From positions 62,001 to 126,000 of the forward strand of contig CBFFRP010000668.1 in NCBI GenBank assembly GCA_965644295.1: DNA of 64,000 bases. The letters are read 5' to 3'. This DNA is from Paraphysomonas bandaiensis (Eukaryota; Protista; Chrysophyceae). The first letter of the stretch is position 1. The number at the start of each line of letters is the position of its first letter. Shown piece by piece: positions 37,266 through 47,000 of the stretch. The notes under the pieces are model-generated. The model saw nothing but the letters and a program-made list of their open reading frames with translations, searched no databases and was not told the origin of the DNA. A program made the position numbers and the translations under genes.

Positions 37266-38946
37266 ATACTACTTTGCCCATCAAAGTGGAAGTTTTGGAT
37301 GCATCAGATCCGGAATACAAACTGGTAGGGTCTGAGGCTCTCTCATCTATAATATAACATACTACATACAGGACATTGAAACTATACCAAATTTAAGCAT
37401 TTCTTCTTCCGGATATGTCAAATTTCCAATAAGAGTAAAGGAAAGTGGCAAGTGTATTCGAATTCGTGCAATGACCACCGATGGCCACTTGAGTTGTGAA
37501 TCATCTCAAACCTACCGTGTCATACAGGCAAAGCTACATATTGAAAATATTGATGAAATACCAAAAATGTATTACACTAGACCTAAAACAAACAATGATA
37601 TCAAGGTGGTTGTATGCGTCAAAGATAAGTTTGGAAATCACGTTGATGAATCGATATCACGTAATATTAACTGCGTTGTTCAGTGTAATGCCGATAATAC
37701 ATCTAAAGTTCCAATAAAGCTCACACTGAATCAAGAGCAAGGTTTTATAAATGGAAAATGTACTATAAGATTTAGAATCGAATCACTTTCTAGTGCACAT
37801 GGTAATAGTGCATTTGTGGTCCGTATATCCAGTTCGGACATGAACCAGTGCGTTGGGTATACCGAATTGCATCCTATAGTTGTGAAGGCAAAGCACCATG
37901 GCAAAAATGCGCAGTGCCATGAATATAAGACAAAAAGAATCCGAACGGATGACTGCAATGGTTACAGTGCACCTAAAATCAACGAATTGCGGCAATCTGG
38001 AAATAACAAAAACTCCTTGAGGAGTCACGAGCTAAAGGAAAAACGAATCAAAACAAACGAGATGAATTATCACAGTGCACCTAAAATAAGCAAATCGTTT
38101 CAAGCTGGAAAATGGCTAAATTCATCTTTAGACGTTCCTGAAGAATTTTCTCAATGGAAGAAAATTATGGAGTATTATATGTGCCATGACAGAGACGATA
38201 TCCAAACACAAAGCAGTGAAAGCGAAAATGATATTGAGACCGGGTTGTCTTTCGATTTTGACGAAGTTGTAAGTTTTATGGAGGGGGTATAAGGGCCATT
38301 AAATGAGGAATGTTGAGTTTTGCTGTTTAGTGAGCAATTAATTTGTGTAATTCTATGTATTAGAATACAGTGGGAGTTGACTGTACCATAAAAACTAACA
38401 ACGTGAGCTGTTGTGGTAATGAAACTGAAATATATTGTCTGTACAAGATATTGACGGTATGAGATCGTACTAGAAAGAGTTGGTGTAGAAGAGATAAATA
38501 AGTTGGGGAATGATGTCTGGTGTTATTTATTTTTTTACAGATTTAAGTGATCACCTATGTTGCATTACGTACATATTACATAACCTGCTAGCTGTTAGCA
38601 ATGTCAACTTCCAATAAGGAACACATGTAGTTGTGTACATTTATATGGCCATGGAAAATTGAAAATATTTATATCTACTAGCTTCCGACGATAAAATATC
38701 TAGAGCTCGGCTGTAACTATGCAACTATAGTCAGTGACACTCGGAATAGTAAATGACAGTGTGGAATAAACTAATGGACGAGTAGAATTCAAATTGCTCG
38801 CTATATTTTTGCTGCAACTACGGCTAACTGTTTGTACAAAGAATAAATATGTGATAACGACGAATATTTTGTAAGCCAGCAATGAAATTTGTTACTTCAC
38901 GACGCACTGCGATTTAACGACACTAGACTGCAATTTAGGTCACTTA

Positions 38947-39465
38947 TTTTAGGCACATACTTGTGATTCTGTTCACGCTTTACAAAGTCTCAATTATTAT
39001 TCGTCGCTTTATAAAATTCGCCGGTATACATCTCATATTTCTGGATACTGTGCATACCAGACAATGTTCCGTTTCTATCCTAGAACTGTTCAATACTCTG
39101 ATAAGGAATACCACAAAAAAATTCAAATACATAATATTCGTAACATCAATATACACTCGTTATAGAGCCATTTAAGAACTCCTCCTAGACAATAGCATCA
39201 AGCAACCATTCAAAAATCCCGAAGTCAGTCATTGTTTGTGGCGCTTCTGAGTATGAACTGGCGCATCTTCTATACTGCACTGTCTCAAAAGTTTGAATCA
39301 TTTTACGTGCCATGAGAAGTACATGAGATGGGTATATCAAAAAATGGCATATTCCACTGTAGTCACACTGATAACTTCCTTTACTTCCCTGTATACATAC
39401 ATCACAGCATCGTAAACAACAACAGCAAGAAGATAAAACACATCGCACTGATACCTGATGGCATA
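38947..39465. repeat. Left copy of a 519-bp direct repeat of host DNA (right copy 49695-50213) flanking the Copia composite
   Basis: Identical by eye at a constant offset of 10748; duplicated ORFs appear in the ORF track (38963 and 49711). Confidence 0.95.
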
Positions 39466-40918
39466 CCTTGATCTCTTCCTGCGTCCTGGGCTGGCTCGGA
39501 TCTCGCGGGGCGCGATGTCGAAAAGATGCCCCGTACACCTGAGCAAGGTCATGACATAGGTGATACAATCGGTCTGGACCAGGCGCGAAGGTCAAAATGG
39601 GTAGGTCCGAGCTCTGGTCCTTGGGAGTCAATGTAAAGAAATCCCCGACCTCACTGTCAAACTGAATGCTGTATCTCTCGGCAAGTCGGTGTTGTGACAG
39701 TATGTTGATCCTACACTCGGGTGCAAAGTAGCATTGTCCGAATAGTCGATGCGTGCCGACGCATTTCGAGGTAATACCAGACCCGATCCCATTGACTGAA
39801 ATAGGACTTATGGTCTTGAGGTCGGACAGCCCTGAGGTAGATTTCACAACTGAGACATTGGCGCCACTGTCGATGATGTAGTCGTCTATGTCTCCAGAAT
39901 CTACACCGACAGTGGAACAGAGAGATACCCACTCGGAGTCCGACTGAGCGAATGACACTGACTTCTCGCTCTGGCTGCGCTGACTCTGAAATTTCTTCTT
40001 AGTGTGCGCGGGCTTCTTGAGTATTCCCTTGTTCTGACGAGGTGGATTCGTATTGGGGTTCTTTGCTCTCCATCTCTTCAGTGAAAAACATTCTTGGGCA
40101 GAGTGGCCTGTCTTATCGCAAAAGGCACATTGGATCTGCTTCTGGTCGTCGTGGTCGGCGGCATGATGGGCGAATGCAGAGTCTTGATCGCGTGGAGTCT
40201 TTCGAACGTGTAGTCCTACTTGGCGCGATGACTGAGAGAAACGGTCGATCCTGCGCTTCGCATCCTCCAGCGTTGCCGGGAACCGATCCGTGTCCATCTC
40301 GGTCAGCATTTCGGTCACTATTTGGCCAAAGGTCGCGACATTCAGGCTGAGCAAATAAGTATAGATCACCCACTTCGGCTCTGGATCGATCTGCATGTCT
40401 TCACAGATCTGGAGCTTCTGATCGAATCGTGCGTGATGTTCGGCTAGACTCTGAGATCCCTGCTTCAGCGCTTGGAGTCTCGACTTTGCCTTCTCCTTCT
40501 CTAAGAATGAGGCCTCCTTGCCAGCAAAGGTATGTGACTTGATCACCAGCTTCCAAAGCGTGAGGGGGCAGCGGCTTTCGATGACTTCTGCGTATTCATC
40601 GATGTGGCTCTCCATTTGAGTGATGGAGGCCTCGGACATATGTAGAATTATGTCTCCGTAGAGCCTAGTGGTAGACTCTTCAAAACGCTCAACCTTCTTG
40701 GTGTGTGCGAGGTATTTGGTCTTGATGATCTCAAACTCCATGTCTTTATGCTTCGGGAACGCTTCCGGCATTGGGAACTCGTTCTCGATGTACTCTGGCA
40801 TGCTGCCTGTATCGAGCATGGTCCCAGCATCTCCGTAATGAGTGATGGCGTATGTCAAGAATTGTCTGCGCCATGTGGATAGGTTATTCGGAGTGTAAGT
40901 CAGCTTTCCGACGTCCAT
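39466..40918 (-). pseudogene. Copia B gag-protease fragment, 3'-truncated and running into host DNA
   Basis: CAFCDKTGHSAQEC zinc knuckle and YIIDSGAN protease; stops before the integrase HHCC motif. Confidence 0.87.
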
Positions 40919-41390
40919 GCTTTTCTCTATTGTGTTGGACAAAGACTGATGTAGCACAAAAAGCTCTCCTCTCAAGGATATGCTGTACAATGTTGCAAGT
41001 CTAAAGTGCAAGTGTAATTAAATGGTTGTTATTACCACTAATCGGGTCAATAGAGAAAAGTGACTCTATATGATGATTGATTCACAAGAGGCAATGCACT
41101 TGGGTGGCTATGGATGCTACTGACGATTATACTATAAGTGGCTATGAATGCTACTGACGATTTCATGAGAGGCAATAAATGATAGTGACGTATCTCTTGC
41201 ATTCTGTATGTATACAGGTGTTATACAGACATGGGGAGTACGTGCAAGTATCTGCTACTCCTGATGACTAACTACAAAAATAGTGTAACACACCCCTGCA
41301 ATGGAGTTATGTGTACTGAGTGTGCATCATGCGACATTGGAATGACAGTTTACCGTAAGACGTATGGGAATCTTGGAGGCAGCTGAGGCT

Positions 41391-44073
41391 TCACTGGAGC
41401 AGGTTTTGCCTCAGGTCGGTGAAGTTCTGGCCTCCAAGGGGCTTAGTCAAAATGTCGGCAATCATTTCCTTGGTGGGCTTGTAGCAGAGCCGAATGTCAC
41501 CGTTCAGGATGCGCTCCTGTAGGTAATGGTATCGCACTCTGATGTGCTGAGTCCGGCCTGATCTGGATGTACCATTCTCAGATAAGGAGATGGAGGACTT
41601 GTTGTCCTGATAAAGCACAGTCGGAGGCTGCGGGTAACCCAGGTCTGAGAGCAGTGTTCTCTGGACGAGGATTGGGGGAATACCAGTGTCTGCAGAGATG
41701 AGTTCTGACTCGGATGAGGAGCGGCTCACACACTTCTGCTTGACTGACTTTGCAAGTATGGTTCCACCACTCCTGGAGCCTATCTTCATCACGATGCCCG
41801 TATGCCCTTTCCCATCTGGGTGAACTCCATAACTCGCGTCTGCCCAACACTCAAGTGTGATAGAGTCTGGGTCGAGTGTCAGCGTCAGGTCTTTGGTGCC
41901 ATTGATGTATGCCAACACTCGCAGCAGCTTGCATCGGTCATGGGTGTCTGGACACTTTGCCCTGGTGGCTAAATGGCTGCACGCAAGCAAGATATCGGGT
42001 CTGATCCTCTTGGCTAGGTACATAAGTTTCATCAGGAGGCTGAGATATTCACTAGCGTCCACCGGGTCTCCAGGCTTGTCGTTCCGGAACAAGTGCTTTG
42101 TCGCTGGAGTCTTGGCCTTGGATCCGTCGCTGTGGTCACGAAGTAGCTCGTCAATGTAAGCAGGCATGGAGACAGTGATGTGTCCCTGGTCATGCACGGT
42201 GAGGACCATCCCGAGATATGGGATCTGGGATTCGGTTTCTGTGGTTACCTTTCCGAACTTGTCACTGAGGAGCTTCTCGAGCCATTCGGTGAGCTCCTTC
42301 GAAGTTGTGGTGACCAGGAGGTCGTCCACGTGGAGTGCTATGGTGCACTTGCCACGTTTGCTCACATATATAAACACACATGGATCGGCGTCGCTGATTC
42401 GGAATCCGGCCTCCAGCAGCACCCCTGAAATGGTTCGGTGCCAGCGTAGTCCTGCTTCGGGTAGTCCGTACAAGGCCTTGACTGCGTCAGCAAGCATTGT
42501 CCCATTGGGTTGAACATACTTTCGGAGATGAGGCTTGTGTCGCACGTAGACCTCGGTAACGTCCTTAGGGATCCGGATGATGTGGGGATGCTCAAGGTCG
42601 GCGTTTAGGTAGGCACCCGGGATGTCCATCGTGGCTATGGTCCTCTTCTCATAGGCGGCAACGCTCAGAATTGTCATGACAGATTCAGTCTTGACTGTGG
42701 GGGACGATGTGTCACCGGAGGTGTATAGGGTGCGGTCGGTCATGTGACCGCCACCGACCAGCCTGGCCTTGATCTTCTCCAAGGTGTTGGTCATAGCTGA
42801 GCGCTTCTCCTTACAAAACATGCTCGAGGGGAGTATTTTGCTATGCTTCCTACCACTGGTGTCCGCATGGCTCACAGGGATCAATGCACGCTTTCCTTGG
42901 AAGAGTTGGTCCATCTCCCTGACTATGGCGTCCTCTGCTATCCCTGGATGAGCTCTTAGTGCTTCACGAACTGATAAGTTGAATGCAAACATTTCGTCTG
43001 ACGAGGTTAAGAAGGCTGTAGGGTCCTCATCCCTGTCACGGCTATGATCACGAGTAGGTTCAGATCGCCGCTCGGGGTCACTGTCGTCCTGCTGGTCTGG
43101 GCCTGCTACCTGGTCATCCTCGGGCACGAGTACTGGGGGACTGTGATCTGTAGACTGACTCGGAACGGTATCCTCATCGTCGTCCGACTCGTCATCTGAC
43201 ACTAGCTCTGGTGCGTCGTCGTCATCACGGCTCCAGTCAGGAGGATTGGGATGATCCTCGTACGTCGTCACGGGGTCATTGCTATGTCGAGACCTATCAT
43301 GGTCTGCGATCCTGTTCACAGTGTTGATGATGGTCGGGGTAAATAGGCATGGCTTGAAAGTCGACCGGGAGACTATCCTCAACGAGTCTAGTGTGAATAC
43401 TCTGATACCACCGTTGGAGTTAGGGTCTCGTCCCACTACAATTGCATCCTCGACTCGGGAATCCTCAGATGTACCACTAGAGGGTTGGTTCGGAGTCTTC
43501 ACTTGAACGAGCTTTCCAAATTCAATGCGGATGTCCTTGGGGGCAATGACTTTCTTACCGGTGACGACCTCCTTGGGGGTACGGACCCCTGACCTCTTGT
43601 TGGGGGTCATGTTCAGCGTGACGATGGTGTCAATCACTGCAGCCTCATTCAGTCGGGCAGGGAGCCGGTACACCTGAGTGAGCCGTAGTATACGGACTCT
43701 CTCCTTCACCACACGTGTGCTCCGCTCGGCTCTTCGCTCGTGGAGTCCACGCCCACTGTACATGCACTGGATGCCCATCCCGTTCAATTCCGACTCTAAG
43801 GCTTTGAACGCTACTTCCCGGTCGGTCCTTATGGATCGTACTGTCCATCCGTATGATTTGTACGCGTTGAACATCCGGGTAAATGCTTCTAATAGGTGGT
43901 TGGACCTTTTGCTCGGTATGCGGGCTGCCATGAGGTAATTCACTGTGTCCTCAACTGATAGCAGATATGGTGCCTTGGTGCCCTTTTCTGAGGTAATGAA
44001 GAAAATATCGCAATGTAGTAGCTGCCCTGTAGTGACTAGCTCGTCTGGAGTCGATGAAATGGCACTTGGGTTC
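41391..44073 (-). pseudogene. Copia B integrase core-RT-RNase H fragment, 5'-truncated
   Basis: LHCDIFF, RTDRE, AERSTRVVKER (IN); KARLVGGG, KALYGL, LHVDD (RT); ADASY, SSSESE, QDN, ADILTK (RH). Confidence 0.92.
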
Positions 44074-47000
44074 CATTGATTCACGTATATCTCTTAACGC
44101 GTGAATACAACACACATATACAATGAAATACCAAATAGACTGAATAATTACCAAACTATACATGATACGCGACTGTACAAGATACGCACATGTATGTGGT
44201 GCTAACGCTCTGCTCAAACATGTCTTGCTATTATACTATTAGGCCTTATCGTTCAATCTTTATCTCTAATAATTTCAAGTATATTCTTACTAAATATTAA
44301 GACTAACCTTAAATCTTATTTTGGCAGCGGATGAGTTCTAAGACTAACAGTTACGATAACTCCGACTCCGACTCATCGGACAAGAGGAAGGATTCCATGC
44401 CACCCTTCGACGCCAAGAACTTCTCAAAATGGCAGAAGAAAAGTAGAGCCTGGTTCTTTCGTAAGCCTAAGATAGTATACATCCTAAGAAACGATCCGCC
44501 AGAGGAGCCTATACGCCAAGAGGAAGAAACAGAAGAGGACTACCTATACAGGAAAAACGCCTACGACGAAAATATGCAGTATTTCGAGGAGGGCAACAAT
44601 TACCTATGGTCACTTCTATCCAGCGCGGTGATTGGCCAAAACGAGGAAGCAGAGGGTATTATCGAAACAGTCCCTGAAGGAGATGGAAAAAGGGCATGGT
44701 CAGAGATCGAAAAGCATTTCAAAGACAAGACCTCAAATGATACAATAACCGACCTCATTGGCCAACTGCAATCAATCAAAATCAAGCAAGCTCAAACAAT
44801 CAATCAATTCCTGGACGAAGTCGAAAAATTGCGATTAAAGCTCGCTACACATGGCCACAAAGTCTCTGAACAAGACCTCATTTCAAGAATACGACAAGGG
44901 ATGGTTTCAAATGAGAACCAGACCTATAAGGACCTGGCAATCAACCTCCAAATGAACCCAATTGATGATTATAAAACGCTGATAAGAAGATTGAGAGCAT
45001 TCGAGCATTCCACTGTAGGCTCCCTACTATCACAAAATACGGAAACCAAACGGGATAGCGCAAACTACAGCTCAACAGGCAAACAGCCGTTTAACCCCCG
45101 TCTACCGAAGAAGCAAAAGCACAACAACGGGCAGCGAAAACAGAAGAAATTCAACAAGTCCAACAGAGCCACAAGTGCTAAGTCGCGCGAAGTTAAGTGC
45201 TTCAGATGCAATGGATCCAACCACATTGCAGCAGAGTGCAAGCACTCGTGGGAACACATACAACAGATGCAGAAGTCCACAAACAAACGAAACGACGACA
45301 AAAGAGGGAAAGGGCATCACTCCAAGAACACATCATCAAAACACCCAAGAAACAGTCATCGGGATTCGAACTTAAGACTGGAAGACTATGACGATGAGGG
45401 GCCAAACGATGACAATGACTACAGTGCATTCTCTGGGATGATCACAGACAATCACGTCCTACATACGGAACACGAGAAGCAGGAATTCGGCATTCTAGAC
45501 TCTGGCTGCACAATATCAATTACAGCAGCACGAAGCTTACTCTCCGAATTCACTTATGACCAAACCACAATTTACACCGCCAAATCAGGATCAGAAATGC
45601 AGGCATTGGGATACGGCAAGCTTGGACTGATTAGCAAGTGCAAGCTAGTTCCGGATGCCTCAAAGACTTTAATTTCTATCAGCCAGTTGACAACAGACGC
45701 CAACTGCAATATTGTATTCGGGCAAAACGAGGCACGCGTATACCACGATGGAATTTTGTTAACCACAGCCAGGAAACAAAACGGTCTATACGAGGTCAGA
45801 TTATCCGATTTAGGTTACATCCAAGACCAGTGCAACTTGGCATCTACATCCAGCGGTTCCTCGATTTCCCTGGCACATCGAAGGTTGACCCACGCATCCA
45901 TTGGCTTAATCCAAAAAGCACTAAAGTTGAATCTTGTGAAAGGAATCACTATTCCAAAATCCGACCTGAGCTCGCCACAGCTACCAGAAGGCCTTTGTGA
46001 TGGCTGCGCACAAGGCAAGGCTCACAGGAGGAAACATAGGCGCGAGACAAGACAAATGATACCGACAAAAACCAGAAGATCGCAGGAGCTTGGAGGACTT
46101 ATAGCAGTTGATTTTACTGGACCATTTTCACCTCCAGCAATAGTCACAGGAAACACCGTAGTCTTTGGAGCTACCGATGCAGCTTCAAGATACAGTTGGA
46201 CATTCTATGGAAAACACAGAACCGAGGATTTTGTCATTGAGTGCATTCAGAAAATTGTGGATTATCTGCATTCGAAAGGCAAACGGCTAATACACTATCA
46301 TGCTGATGGTGGCCGTGAGCTAGTATCACATCGTGTACTGAACTTGCTGAGAAAATTAGGATCAACCTGGACCTTCAACGCTCCATACACGCCTGAAGAC
46401 AACCCCATACAAGAACGACCATGGCGCACGACCAAGGAAAGAACGCTTGCATCCATTTGCAACTCAGGCCTACCACCCAACTTCTGGGAACAGGCCATGT
46501 CCACTGTCACGCATATGAAAAATCGCCTGCCATGCGCCACTGCAAAGGGATTCATATCACCGTATCAGTTCATCCACGACGAGGCCCCCGATTTATCTTA
46601 CGCCAGGATTTGGGGCTGCAAATGCCATACATTCATAGACAAGTCTCAGAGAAGAAACGATTGGTCTCCACATAGCCATATTGGGTACTTCATGGGATAC
46701 CGAGAAGATGGACCAGGGTACGTCATATATGTACCTTCACTCAAGGACTTTGTAATCTCAAGTCACGTCTTTTTCAATGAGTGCATCCCCGACGTCAAAG
46801 AAAACTATTACGCTGAAATCGAATCATCACTGAGAGAAGAAAATTCAGAGAATCGAACAGCCGAGAGCTTCCAATACCTCGTTGGAATGACCCACACAGA
46901 TCCACAGGATGGCCTCCAATACATCACGACAAGAATCACAGTCATCAAAGGCCACGTGGCTGCTTACAGAGGATTGGCCCCACGAGAAAATGAAGGGCGA

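Larger units (their letters stand above)
31501..38292 (+). pseudogene. Host gene (hypothetical, possibly Ig-fold DNA-binding protein) interrupted in exon 2 by the Gypsy element
   Basis: Exon 1 31501-31619, intron to 31678. Removing 31685-37269 restores an open frame ICR-DTTLPIKVEVL...; intron 37325-37371; last exon to 38292. Confidence 0.8.
39466..44073 (-). mobile_element. Copia element B (CoDi-like), circularly permuted: pol 3' part - single LTR - gag/PR 5' part
   Basis: Minus-strand order is IN-RT-RH (44073-41391), PPT GCAGGGGTG, LTR TGTTA...TAACA (41290-41027, inner end tentative), then gag-PR (40918-39466). Confidence 0.88.

Noticed and set aside
39185-41011. 608-aa ORF as a real gene
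   Set aside because: It is a chimera of the truncated Copia B gag and host DNA across the 39465/39466 junction.
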